A DNA stretch of 62,965 nt, counting the filler, from Octopus bimaculoides (lineage: Eukaryota): assembly GCF_001194135.2 (NCBI RefSeq). It is 8 parts of 8 records of this genome, joined end to end, with 100 filler letters (N's around TTAATTAATTAA, not from the genome) between each part and the next. Parts side by side here need not be neighbours in the genome. Positions count along the whole stretch, not along the records: positions 23,551 to 52,110 come from NC_068992.1; 7 more parts are not named here. The stretch is one strand, 5' to 3'. Positions within the stretch are counted from its first letter, which is position 1. Each line of letters begins with the position of its first letter. Under the pieces are notes generated by a model. That model was not told where the DNA came from. It saw only the letters and a list, made by a program, of their open reading frames with translations, and made no database searches. Shown here one piece after another: positions 37,926-50,282 of this stretch. Both the position numbers and the translations under genes were made by a program.

Positions 37926-38514
37926 CTATCTCTCGCTTTACACTCGCACATATATTATATATTGTGTGTACAAACAGATGTAATTCTGCTTCTATGTTTA
38001 GTGCTTCACTTAGATTAACCTGGTCCAGACTGCTTCCAATATAGTGCTTAATTAACTATTATACTTAGTAGTATTACTAGTTGTGGAGTACAAAATAAGA
38101 TTATGTTATTAGTTTCTACGTACGTTTTACCATTACGGTTTCTTGGAACCCTATGGTGGGTATCGCAAGTGCATTTGGATGCTTAACCGGAATGGCTAAT
38201 CAGGGAACTCTTTGTTGAATTTTGTTATGGAGAAATATTGTCAAGAGTTGCGTAGATGGCATGGCACTTTATAAGTATTTTGAGAGGAAAACAGAAGGAA
38301 AGCAACTAGCAGGGAAAGAAAAAAAATCGAATAACAAAGGAGAGAGGGAAGAGAGAAAGGCAGAAAAAAGAAAGAAAGGCCGAAAAAAAAGAGAGAAAAA
38401 GAATGAGGTAGTAAAATAGAAGACAGGATATATTCGGGAGGAAACTAGAAAGAAGAGGAAAGAAAGGAATAGCAAGAAAGAAAAAAAGAAGATAAATTAA
38501 TTTGAACACAGCCA

Positions 38515-39362
38515 GGATCTTTCTGATTTGGGGGGGCGCCACTTGTTTTCTTAACGAAACGCTTTCAAACTTGAGACACTGGTAGAATGTGTCATATAAA
38601 ACATCTTTTACTCTTATTGTTCTTGAGAAAATGTTATCTTTTTAAAGTTATTTCGTGTTAAAATTGTCGTAGTTCGGTAATTTCAACCAATCACTGACGT
38701 CTATTGAGGTGAAAACAATTACTTCTGTGGAATATAAACGACACGTACTAGCGGTGTAATAAGATCTTTTCCCTTGAATAAAATTAGTGCCGTTGTTCGT
38801 CAACAACAACTATCGGTGGTACTGTTATTTATGACATCGTTTTTTGCGTTTGTACTGGTTTTAGCTTTGCTTTAGGGTTTTAGGGTTAGGGTTCGGGTTT
38901 TAGCGTTAGGGTTAGGGCTAGGGTTATGAGCATTTTTGCCTTTCACCAAATTTGGCAAAAATACTCATAACCCTAACCCTAACCCTAACGCTAAAACCTG
39001 AACCCTAACCCTAAAACTCTAAAGCTAAAACCAGTACAAACGCACGAACGATGTCATAAATAACAGTACCACCGATAGTTGTTGTTGACAAACAACGGCA
39101 CAAATTTTATTCAATGGAAAAGATCCCATTACACCGCTAGAACGTGTTGCTTACATTCCATAGCAGTAATTGTTTTCACCTCAATAGACGTCAGTGATTG
39201 GTTGAAACTACAACTTTTAACATGACATAATTTCGAATATGAAAATTTGTCTCGGTTCTATAAGAGAAAATATACAAGTATACGAAGTTTTAAAGTGTTT
39301 TGGTAGCAACACACTAAATAAAACATAAATAAAAAATGGCGCCCGCCAAATCAGAAGGATCC
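38515..39362. mobile_element. 848-bp foldback DNA element with an 8-bp TSD and central inverted telomere-like arrays
   Basis: TIR ends GGATCTTTCTGATTTGG / CCAAATCAGAAGGATCC; TSD CACAGCCA at 38507-38514 and 39363-39370; arms complementary over most of their length. Confidence 0.9.
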
Positions 39363-39561
39363 CACAGCCATAACAAGAATAAACAAAATTTTAAAAATAC
39401 ATAACAGAATAATTGAGGTGAAATGAATGAATGAAGAAATAAATAAATAACTCCAGCTAAGTGACAAAGAAGAGATAAAGACAGGAATGCAGTTAGCGAA
39501 TGATAGGAGGTGTGAGGAAGAGAGAGAAGTAAAAACACCTTCTTCTTTCTGGGGACATGCC

Positions 39562-39752
39562 GAGTCATAAAAGCCCGTTTCCTGAGTTCATGTCGTATAA
39601 ATTCCGCACCTGGACAAGACGCCGGTCTGTCACACGGTTATTAATTTTTGTCAGCTGAGTGAAATGGACGAACGTCGAATGAAGTGTTTTGCTTAAGAAC
39701 ACATCTTACGATCATGAGTCCAACACTCTAACCGCTAAGCCACGCGCCTCTA
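39562..39752 (-). mobile_element. SINE-C, internally deleted
   Basis: CTAAGCCACGCGCCTC end and TGAAGTGTTTTGCT core. Confidence 0.75.
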
Positions 39753-39754
39753 CA

Positions 39755-39806
<52 letters not shown>

Positions 39807-40438
39807 NNNNNNNNNNNNNNNNNNNNNNNNNNNNNNNNNNNNNNNNNNNNNNNNNNNNNNNNNNNNNNNNNNNNNNNNNNNNNNNNNNNNNNNNNNNNNN
39901 NNNNNNNNNNNNNNNNNNNNNNNNNNNNNNNNNNNNNNNNNNNNNNNNNNNNNNNNNNNNNNNNNNNNNNNNNNNNNNNNNNNNNNNNNNNNNNNNNNNN
40001 NNNNNNNNNNNNNNNNNNNNNNNNNNNNNNNNNNNNNNNNNNNNNNNNNNNNNNNNNNNNNNNNTATATATATATATATATATATCCACACACACACACA
40101 TGCACACATACACGCACATACGCATATATATACATATACACACATGTATATGTACCCCCACATACACACATGCAAACATATATACACGTGCACGTTATAT
40201 GTAAATATGTATTACATGCATACACACGCTCACACACATACACACACATACACATATACACACGTATCTATGTAATTGTAGATGTATATTTTTTATACAC
40301 ACATGACTGGCTCTTATTATAACTTGAGCGTATATGATTATTTATTTGCCTCTGTCCTTTTCTTTGTTGGGGAAAAATCTAACAATTCTTGTTCCAACAA
40401 ATATTCGAGTAATTCACTGACAGGAAAAAAAAAGAAAC

Positions 40439-40731
40439 ATTGCCATCAACGGTTGCCAGAACTGTTGGTGGACGTAGCCATGACGTGGAGATGGCATCAT
40501 GTATCTCTTTATCTGCTTTTTCTCGGAAAATGTACACGTTCTTTGGAGTCACATCTGTTTCCTGGAATACCATTTTGCTATGATGTGTCAATATGCTCAA
40601 CCTCAACGACCTCTCTCCAATGAATTTTAGGCGCAAATTCCTATAGCAGATCCTATCTATAAAATGTTGATAAAATATTTGTAAAGATTCGGGTTTCGTA
40701 ACAATATTAAAGATTTCTGATCTCAAATTCC
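40439..40731 (-). CDS. Candidate exon (S2-like segment of the putative ionotropic-receptor-like gene)
   Basis: Stop-free non-repetitive frame beginning right after a CAG acceptor: GNLRSEIFNIVTKPESL...LKFIGERS...VFQETDVTPKNVYIFREKADKEIHDAISTSWLRPPTVLATVDGN; donor AAT/GTTTCT is weak. Confidence 0.4.
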
Positions 40732-41080
40732 CTGTTCAAGTGATGAAATATCAAAATTATCTGAATTGTATATCAGTATATTTTTACTGGTTTCAGTGAC
40801 TGATCTGAGGGAGTGATGGAGCAACACCTTAAATAATTATCGCCAACTACATCCACTCCGCTATTTATTCGGTTACAAGATCTATACATCAATAGCTATC
40901 GAAGAATTGGATTCAGCCTTCAGAGTGATACATTCTTTTACTAGAGAGTTAATGACATATCGAGATTCTTCCCATTCACATTTGTGTATAAATCAAAGGT
41001 CTCTCAACCATACGGGTTCAATCCCCACTGCGTAATAAAGAACTCTATTACATGGATGAATATATATATATATAAATATT

Positions 41081-41221
41081 ATCATCATCATCATCATCGT
41101 TTAACGTCTGCTTTCCATGCTAGCATGGTTTGGACGGTTTGACTGAGGACTGGCGAGCCAGGTGGCTGCACCAGGCTCCAATATGATCTGGCAGAGTTTC
41201 TACAGCTGGATGCCCTTCCTA
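41081..41221 (-). mobile_element. 5'-truncated (GAT)n-tail retroposon
   Basis: Matches 7948-8095. Confidence 0.8.
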
Positions 41222-41494
41222 TATACGACAAGAAGTAATTTTCGTCTCTTTTTATGGAAACAAAAGGGTTTATGAATTTTTTGTCGTTGATATTTACCTT
41301 TTGATAGGCCGTTCTATATATTTGTAGTATATTCAAATATTAATTTTTACCTTCTGTATTTTTATGTACATGTATATCTTTTATATGCTTAAAAACCATG
41401 GTAATATTTATATAAGATCAAATGTTTGAGGTATGGTTTTATATATAAAGTCGTTGACTCGAATTTAATGTTTGCTCTATGATAAATATTTTCT

Positions 41495-41530
<36 letters not shown>

Positions 41531-42949
41531 TATTTATATATAGATAGATAGATTCATACACACACAAAGACAGAAAGAGAGATAGTGGGCATCATATATG
41601 ATATATATATATATTCATACATATACATATGTAAATATATATAGGGATACGTATAAGGAGAAACGAAAAATGAAAATATTCAGAAGCTGTCTCGTGTATA
41701 ATCATATAGATATTTTATATATCCTCCTTGGTGAAGGATGCTGGTGTTACGGCAATGTCTATATATGTTCTCTTACGGTTGCGTGTACTCTTATGGTTGC
41801 TTGCAAATTTATTTATTCTCTACATGTAGAAATATCTGTATACTTATACATAAGTGTTCATATTCTGAATATGTTTTCTCTCTGTTTCACTCTCAGTAAA
41901 TCTCTCTATATATCCTCGGTAAAGACTCCGGAGTGTAAGTTCAAATCCTGCGCACGACTACGATATTGAGCACCCCTCGATATCACCTACTGACGTTCTG
42001 TACATACATACATACATACACACATGTATACAGTGTGTGTGTGTCTGTAAGCACAGCAGTTTGATTCTCATTAAAGAAATGTGTAGAGACTTCCTGGTTT
42101 TGATTTTTTGGTTGCATTAAAAGTGAACAGAGATCAATAATAGTAATAACCGACTAATTGATCTGCTCTATATAATTAAATGTAACCTAGCAATATGGTG
42201 CTCCAGCAACGTCGTAGTCTAGAGGCTGAAATATTATTGGATCTTACAAGCAATTATATTTAGATTTTAATTTTAGACCCACAGTGTTATAATGATTATT
42301 GAATGTAAACGCTAGAAAATATTCTTCTTTATAGAAAATCGCACGAGACCTCCAAAATATTAAATCAAAAATAGCTCTCGCCTACACGACATATTAAATT
42401 ATTTTCAGAAGAATATTGACATTCGTTTACTCAATCTCATACGATGATGTTTGTTCCAATAATATTGCAGATAACGTAAAAATACTGCAAGAATTTTTAG
42501 TCTGAAATAGATTATTTAACGAATAAAAAATTAACAATATGATGTCAACAGATACGAGGTTTTGAGATATTTGGCAAATAAAATATAAAGCTCTGTTTAA
42601 TTAAGATTTTTACGCAATTATAATCAGTGTATTTTGAAGTTAATAGACTTACATATTCCCAAAACACAGCATTTCTCTAAAATCTTCAAACGAATCTATA
42701 TATAAAAGATCTATTCTAATATATAAAAAGAACATTTTTACATATTTGTTGAGCGTCACCAAATTTAAAACTTAAACAATAGAGAAGCATACTACGACGT
42801 GTAGTCTAACAATCTTACTGCAAAATTTAAGGTTTCCCCGTTTAAGATTCCATTACATTTAACTACGGAACCCAATTTTATAAATCGATATATCTTTTGT
42901 TGACGAATGTGACTATTTGGAAGAAATATTTCTTGTTAATGCGTAATCA

Positions 42950-43075
42950 GAGGGGTGTGAGTTCGAGTCTCATGGCTGGCTGCCGACACATTTTTCTGCA
43001 AAATTTGGGAAGTTTGTCCTATTCATGCTATATCATTAGCATTATCCTACGTCTGAAAATACAAAAAAAATCACT
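42950..43075 (+). mobile_element. SINE-D-like tRNA-related repeat
   Basis: GCGTAATC...GTGTGAGTTCGAGTCTCAT...TTAGCATTATCCT shared with 54752-54890 (-). Confidence 0.7.
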
Positions 43076-43446
43076 TCCTGAACTTTCAAGACATCTCAAC
43101 GCTTCTAATCATATATANNNNNNNNNNNNNNNNNNNNNNNNNNNNNNNNNNNNNNNNNNNNNNNNNNNNNNNNNNNNNNNNNNNNNNNNNNNNNNNNNNN
43201 NNNNNNNNNNNNNNNNNNNNNNNNNNNNNNNNNNNNNNNNNNNNNNNNNNNNNNNNNNNNNNNNNNNNNNNNNNNNNNNNNNNNNNNNNNNNNNNNATAT
43301 ATAAGGTTAAGAAGGGTATTGGATTCAACCAAACCCAAAGATACAGGTAATACCGAGTAAGAGCTGTATACCGGCTAGTTTTTCTCCATTCGTTGTATAA
43401 ACAAGGGTGGGGATTATAACATTGGCCGTGTATTAGCGTGTGCATG

Positions 43447-43588
43447 TATAAAGAGAGAATAGGATAAAGCGAACAATGGCAAAGTTAGAAATATATTTTA
43501 TGGATAAAGTCTTACAGCTGTAAGACTTTATCCATAAAATATACTGCTAACTTTGCCATTGTTCTCTTTATCCGTTTCTCTCTTTATA
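43447..43588. repeat. 142-bp spacerless palindrome centred on CAGCTG
   Basis: 71-bp arms with 5 mismatches; axis at 43517/43518. Confidence 0.95.
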
Positions 43589-43592
43589 TATG

Positions 43593-43692
<100 letters not shown>

Positions 43693-44197
43693 CTGAAATA
43701 AGTAACACAAAATATGTATATCTGTGTATTTATATAAATATGTAGTAATACATATTCCTTTGAAGCACTGTGGAATGAAACTAAGATCGACTGCAAATTC
43801 CACAACAGTGCTTCTAGATGTATCTAATGGGAACAAATGTTAACGCTTTTGTCTAATTTATTTTAAAAATTCATTCATATAAATGGAATGCTCCATCGTA
43901 TCAGATGAGAATGAATTAGCTTTCTGACATGAGCGGATGTGTTGGTGAGAGTTGTGGACATAAGTTATTAAAATGCTTAAATCTATATAGTAATAGTGCA
44001 TAGATTTTGTGATAAACAAATAAAATACCTATCCACATAATTTAATCAACTTGTGTCTTTTTTCTTATGGTTATCCAGATTTTGTATTTATATCCTAGAT
44101 GGGAGATGTACAGGCAGTTTAACTACAATAGCTCGTATTCTCATACTCAATTTATCACACAACATATTCTGCAATAAGCGTTTAATATTCGAGATAC

Positions 44198-44394
44198 CTA
44201 CGAAGCATAAAAATGTAATTGCTATAAATTCAGCTAATAAAAATTTGTATGGAAGGAAAGCTAACATTTTTGTTTTGAAGGCAGTATTAGTAAATATGAC
44301 AACTGGACGCAAATTGGTTTTTGTATATGTAACTATTGGTTCTATCCCGTCACTTGAAGTATCAGTAAACTGGGTTTCATTTTCCAAATGCTTT
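44198..44394 (-). CDS. Candidate exon with a hydrophobic helix (putative ionotropic-receptor-like gene)
   Basis: KHLENETQF...RPVVIFTNTAFKTKMLAFLPYKFLLAEFIAITFLCFVG; donor AG/GTATCT in the phase needed to join 40731; an overlapping plus-strand ORF (44053-44415) is an alternative. Confidence 0.3.
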
Positions 44395-44454
44395 CTTGGA
44401 GCATGTGTGTCATAAGACCAGTTACCCGATTCCCATGGTGGGATCATTTACGCC

Positions 44455-44807
44455 GAGATCATTTATTCTTTTATTCTTTTACTGGTTTCAGTCATTTGAT
44501 TGCTGCCATACAGGAGGACCGCTTCAACGCCAGGACTTATTCTTTGTAAGCCCACTACTTATTCTATCGGTTCTTTTTGCCGTACTGGTAAGTAACGGGG
44601 ATATAAACACACCAACATAGGTTGTCAAGCAATGGTGGGAAGACAAACATATACGACGGGCTTCTTTCAATTTCCGTCTTCTAAATCCACTTACAAGACT
44701 TTGGTCGGCCCCAGGCTACAGTAGAAGACAGTTGAGGAAGGTACCACGCGGTAGGACAGAACCACGAACCATGTGGTTGGAAAGCAAGCTTCTTACCACA
44801 GAGCAAC
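44455..44807 (-). mobile_element. SINE-A with a target-site duplication
   Basis: Flanks GGGATCATTTACGCC (44440-44454) and GGGATCATTTATACGCC (44808-44824). Confidence 0.88.
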
Positions 44808-44829
44808 GGGATCATTTATACGCCCTGAA

Positions 44830-45042
44830 TAGGTCGGTTTGTTGCATGGTTGAAGGCCAGCATGTGAGAGAAGTCGACTTCATCTACCAGAGAATTTGAC
44901 TGATACATTATTTCTTTGACTCTATAGGGATGACAGGTAAAGTTGACCTCACCTGAATTCGAAATCAGATTGTAAAATTTCTGAAGAAATACCGCTAAAC
45001 ATTATGTCTGACCCTCTAAAGATTCCGGCTGCGCCCAGGCCT
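44830..45042 (-). mobile_element. SINE-B, old degenerate copy
   Basis: GATGACAGGTAAAGTTGACCTC and GAAATACCGCTAAACAT resemble the reverse-complement core and head. Confidence 0.6.
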
Positions 45043-45332
45043 ATTTTCACAAATAATTAGCACTTATAATCGTAATAACTTCTATTACTGCGTAATCTTA
45101 TATAAATTTAAATTTTTCCCAACAACAAACTAACTTTGAGAAACACATTTCTGCATTTGTAAATCTGATTTAGAGGAGTGTTTGATTTTTTCAATATCAG
45201 TAATATACTATACATCATCTGCATTGCTATTCTTGGCTTTGTCGTTTACCCTAGATGAGTCTGCATTGACAACACCTACACCGTTCCGGCTTTCTATCTC
45301 TTTAAGCGTGTGCGTGAGAGAGAGAGAATGTG

Positions 45333-45456
45333 TGACCTCTTGAAATGGCACTTATTTCAAACTTCCCAATTTTCTACAGCTGAGTAGCATGAAAACTGAC
45401 CTCTTGAAATGGCATTTATTTCAAATATCTTCGCTTTCTACAGCTGGGTAGCATGA
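45333..45456. repeat. Two-copy 64-bp tandem duplication
   Basis: TGACCTCTTGAAATGGCAYTTATTTCAAA...TTTCTACAGCTGRGTAGCATGA at 45333 and 45397. Confidence 0.9.
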
Positions 45457-46504
45457 CATATGATCGAACAATGCAATCCAATTTCAACCACCTCCTGAAA
45501 GACACTTTCCTTTTTTCTCTTTTCGTTCTTTCTTTCTTTCTTTTTTTTCTTCCATTCTTCCTTCTTTGTTTTGGTTTTTCTTCCCCTAAGCAAGCCTCCA
45601 AAAGCTTACCACACATAGTTGCAGAGACATATACACACGCATATAATAATAATAATAATAATAATATATATANNNNNNNNNNNNNNNNNNNNNNNNNNNN
45701 NNNNNNNNNNNNNNNNNNNNNNNNNNNNNNNNNNNNNNNNNNNNNNNNNNNNNNNNNNNNACACATACATATACACACAGAAACACACTGAAACACACGC
45801 ATGCACACACATACATACATTCAAAATAACAAAGAACATTCTCATTCGAATTCAATCTCAGATTTTTTTTTCAGTTAACCCATACATGTAAAAGGCATGA
45901 ATATTCTGTAAATATATCATTCATGACAATTATCTCAAAAAGAGATTCGAGCAATATATAAATAAAATATCCAAATTTCTGATCACCTCCTTTTTCTTCA
46001 AATATAAAATCTGTAAACGACTTGAAAAAAAATCTATACACATGTAAATATGTATACATATTACTGTATATCATGCGGATGTATGTGTATGTATTGATGA
46101 GTAAATGATTTCTTCCAATGCGATGCTCTACTATAGAAAATATCTGAAGCGTTTTGTCAACAGAATAACAGTAAGTTGTAAAATGTTAACTATGTGTACA
46201 TTATATATTATTGAATAGGAAAATAATGATCAGCCACCCTAATTGCAATCCTGTTTTTTTAATGTTTTCATTATAGATCGAACACCCATTTAAGCCGTGT
46301 ACGATATTATTGCTTCTAAGTACATTATTATTAAGTACTTAATTTAATCGGATCGATCGGTTATCATTGATAACAGACCTACGACAGATATTTCGATTAA
46401 TAAGTTACGGGCGTTTTATGTCTGCTTTTGTTGTTATTCTTTCAACGATACTCTTAACTTCCTAATATATCGAAAAAATGTAAAATATTATCTGAGACTG
46501 TAGG

Positions 46505-46542
<38 letters not shown>

Positions 46543-46666
46543 TGGTGTGGGTGTTCATGCCTTTTGGAGGACGTACGCATGTGTGTCTGCGTGAATTAGA
46601 AAACGGTAGCGATTGAAATTTTGCAAACATGACTAATACATTGCAAGTAAAATTGATTATAAGCGT

Positions 46667-47047
46667 TCACCACATACTGACTACATAAAACCCCGTAACG
46701 GAAAAGAAATTAGTAGATGTAATGCCCTTTTTTTTGCGTTTATGGGGGCTTCTACGCTCTACTATTAGACTATTTTCTGTGTCATTACATCGTCTACACC
46801 CACTAGAGAGCGGTGCAGAATGAAGCCTATACGATTGTTGTGATAATAAATGATTCTCGTTACACTCTGTCTTTAGTATTAATCTTTGAAGATGCAACCT
46901 ACGTGCAGCTCGGAATTTCGGACGTAGATCCAACGATGAGCACACAGTATCGGTATCGCTGATGACACCTGGTTGACATAAGGAGGGAAAGTGCTCTGCA
47001 GATGAACTTCCTGGAACTTTCCTTGAAACAGGGTCTGGATACTGCAT
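46667..47047 (-). CDS. 126-codon non-repetitive ORF, possible exon (Ser/Arg-rich, disorder-like)
   Basis: Stop-free while the codon-aligned antisense frame has several stops; splice signals weak; no homolog recognised. Confidence 0.25.
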   Translation of the reverse strand: MQYPDPVSRKVPGSSSAEHFPSLCQPGVISDTDTVCSSLDLRPKFRAARRLHLQRLILKTECNENHLLSQQSYRLHSAPLSSGCRRCNDTENSLIVERRSPHKRKKKGITSTNFFSVTGFYVVSMW

Positions 47048-47100
47048 TTAACCCCTACTTTCTAAACCTTGACTAAACCTTAATTCTTTAATTCTAAATT

Positions 47101-47140
<40 letters not shown>

Positions 47141-47429
47141 ACACACACACACACGCGCACACACACACACGCATTGGTTTCAAATTTTGGCACAAGGTCA
47201 GAAATGTTGTGGTGGTGATGCCCCGATCTTAGTGCTCAAATGTTCTTATTTACTATATGCAGTTAAATGTACGTATACACCGTAGGTCTTTACGAAATAT
47301 AACACCAAGAATTCTATTTCCAGTAAAGTGGTGTGGTCATTACTGAACTCATAGTATTACTGGACATGATACACAGAGCAAATGTAGGAAAAAGTATGAT
47401 AAACACAGCAAGGTGTTCATAAAAATTGT

Positions 47430-47480
47430 TTCCCATAGACGTTTCGCCGTTGTGACTACTTACACCCTCTGCAGTGGGAA
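47430..47480 (-). ncRNA. Degenerate hammerhead-like motif (core CUGCAGA)
   Basis: TTCCCA-CTGCAGA-...-GAAA-CG-TC-TA-TGGGAA; stem II pairs poorly. Confidence 0.35.
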
Positions 47481-47568
47481 TCCGTAAAACAGCACACAAT
47501 AGTGCTGTGTGTGGGTGGGTGTGTGGGCGTATGTGTGTGTGTGTGGTTGGGTGTGTGGGTGTATGTGT

Positions 47569-47619
<51 letters not shown>

Positions 47620-47670
47620 TCATGTCCTTAAAATAGTCAGGTTGTGTGTATCAGTATCACATATTCTGTG

Positions 47671-47710
<40 letters not shown>

Positions 47711-47990
47711 AAAAAACAATAACAAAAAAACAAAAAAACAACAAAGTGAGGACGTGATATGGATAGTATATATATATATATATATATATATGCACCAAAA
47801 CATGCCTGTCTGCACACACACATAATTCTATACCTATATTTATATATTCATGTGTGTGTCTGTGTGTGTCCATCGGTGTGTGAATACAGTACATATTTTG
47901 TGTACAACTAGACGTATAACTACTAGTTTTATTTTCAAACCACGTAGATTATCATATATGCATACATACACATATATGTACATCTCTGTC

Positions 47991-48047
<57 letters not shown>

Positions 48048-49729
48048 ATCTATCTATGTATCTCCCTTTATATATAGAGATAGATAGACAGACATATAGA
48101 TAGATAGATAGATAGATAGATATATAGATAGATAGATAGATAAAAATATACATACATATTTACATGCAGACATACATACATATGTCGTAGGTGTGTATAT
48201 CCTGGTGTATTTACCAAAGCCACTGGGCAAAATCAATTAATCGATTTAATCAGCCAATGTTGATTCTTACATGATTATCTGATAACTTAGAGGCAACCGC
48301 GTGAAAAGAAAAGAAGAAAAAAGAGTAAAAAGAGTATTAGAAGAACGTTATCAATTAATGTCGTCCATTTATAGTTTACAAGAAAATTATATTAAGGGAA
48401 ATCCTTACCATCTTTCTTTTGTTTTCTTTTTACTTGGCTTGGAAATGTTAATTATCAAGTGTCTTCCTCGCTACTTCCGAAGTTTCGTCGCTATGAATCT
48501 TCGTAATATAGTGTACAAGGAGAGTAATGTAGTCAAGCTTGCGTATTGTGGCGAAGAATATAAAATAAAGACGTATAACAGATAGTTAATTACTGCCAGA
48601 GTGTGTTTTCTTTTCGTGATTGTAGATTATTTTGTTAACAATATTGTCTCGGTATATATTTATTTAATGTTTGCATGTGTTATGTGGAACAACTGAAAAA
48701 ATAAGAGAAAAAAAAGACGTTATTTAGGTAGAGAAAATATCGAAGATTTTCAAGAATTACTGCAAATAATATATTCAAATAGGAAATCAAATTGATTCTA
48801 GCATCTAATTCGAAACCTTGATGAAGTCGTGAAGGGACCGGCATGTGATTGCCCGACTTACTGGAATTAGATGTTTCAATTATTTCTAAGAATACCTGTA
48901 TATTGTGAAATAGGCAGGACAACTTAAATAATATGACAGATGAACAAAATAAATAGATGACTTCGCATGGAATGATTCTGTGTATAGTTATCCACAACCA
49001 GTATTGAGACAGAGCTAATGAACAAAAATTATAGAATACTTAGGGACAGAATTTAATGATATTACGTTGACGTATATACATATCACATCAACAGTAATAT
49101 TGTCAGATGATGTGAAGTGTTTTCCCGATGGGAAATTCAAACAATATGTAGTACAAAATATTTTATTTAGTGGTCGAGAAACAACGAAATTACTACAGTA
49201 GGTTTGGAACAATCACCAATAATTAAATAATCGTATGCCATAGCGACACATCATATATNNNNNNNNNNNNNNNNNNNNNNNNNNNNNNNNNNNNNNNNNN
49301 NNNNNNNNNNNNNNNNNNNNNNNNNNNNNNNNNNNNNNNNNNNNNNNNNNNNNNNNNNNNNNNNNNNNNNNNNNNNNNNNNNNNNNNNNNNNNNNNNNNN
49401 NNNNNNNNNNNNNNNNNNNNNNNNNNNNNNNNNNNNNNNNNNNNNNNNNNNNNNNNNNNNNNNNNNNNNNNNNNNNNNNNNNNNNNNNNNNNNNNNNATA
49501 TATATATGTATGTATATATATGTGTATGTATGTATGTATGTATGTATATACGTATATACATACATATATGCATATACATGCATGTGTGCATAATTGATTG
49601 AAAGGAGTCCTAGAAATATAGACACACACACACTCTCTCTCTCACACACAGACAAACACGTATGATGATCCTAAAGGAGCTGGCACCAAACTTTGGTACT
49701 CACAGATATGCTAGCTCCTGAACTGAAAA

Positions 49730-49975
49730 TCATCGTATTGTTCCAACTATCCCTCTCGCATGCCGTCTCAATTGAGGATCAGGTACTGAAATAGCTTGAG
49801 ATTCAAAACTATACAGTTATTTATTATCTTGTCAAATACCTAAGAGCTCTACATGTTGTGGCAGTAGATATTTTCAAGGAAGAGCTTGATCTCTCATTGT
49901 CCACATTTCCGTATAAAACTGCATCACAGAAAGAAACTGAAAACAGGACAGGAAAAACAAACTCCTTCCAACATT
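49730..49975 (+). mobile_element. 3' coding relic of a CR1/L2/Jockey-supergroup LINE
   Basis: Frameshifted PSQLRIRY*NSLRFKTIQLFIIL / LRALHVVAVDIFKEELDLSLSTFP...NSFQH*, resembling the LINE ORF2 C-terminal LFNxLP...FKxxLD motif. Confidence 0.55.
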
Positions 49976-50094
49976 AAATGCCAATCACACGATACTGTTG
50001 GTTTTACTGTCGGTGACCCTGCTTGGTCAGCAACTGGGCTGAAACACATGAAAGAAAAGTACATCGATGTATATGTACGTACACGTGTATACGT

Positions 50095-50159
<65 letters not shown>

Positions 50160-50162
<3 letters not shown>

Positions 50163-50282
50163 GGAGAATTCACAAACAAAAAACAAAAGACGAAGACAGG
50201 TGGTGTAGACAACAAACAGATGTATTAGTTTAACGCTCGGAAAGTGAAAAAAGTTTTTAACGTTTCGAACCTGCGCCCTCCA
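50160..50282 (-). mobile_element. Truncated copy of the 10254-10437 hammerhead-bearing repeat
   Basis: GGAGAA...GACAGGTGGTGTA...TGTATTAGT...ACGCTC...AACGTTTCGA; abuts (TA)n. Confidence 0.75.

Noticed and set aside
43297-43445. Minus-strand TALTRYYLYLWVWL segment as a possible M3 exon
   Set aside because: Runs into a (TA)n-flanked gap with no visible donor site.
48400-48640. Minus-strand peptide resembling a GPCR TM6 (RKRKHTLAVINYLLYVFILYSSPQY)
   Set aside because: Only 55 codons, closed by stops, no usable splice pair; AT-rich codons produce such hydrophobic strings by chance.
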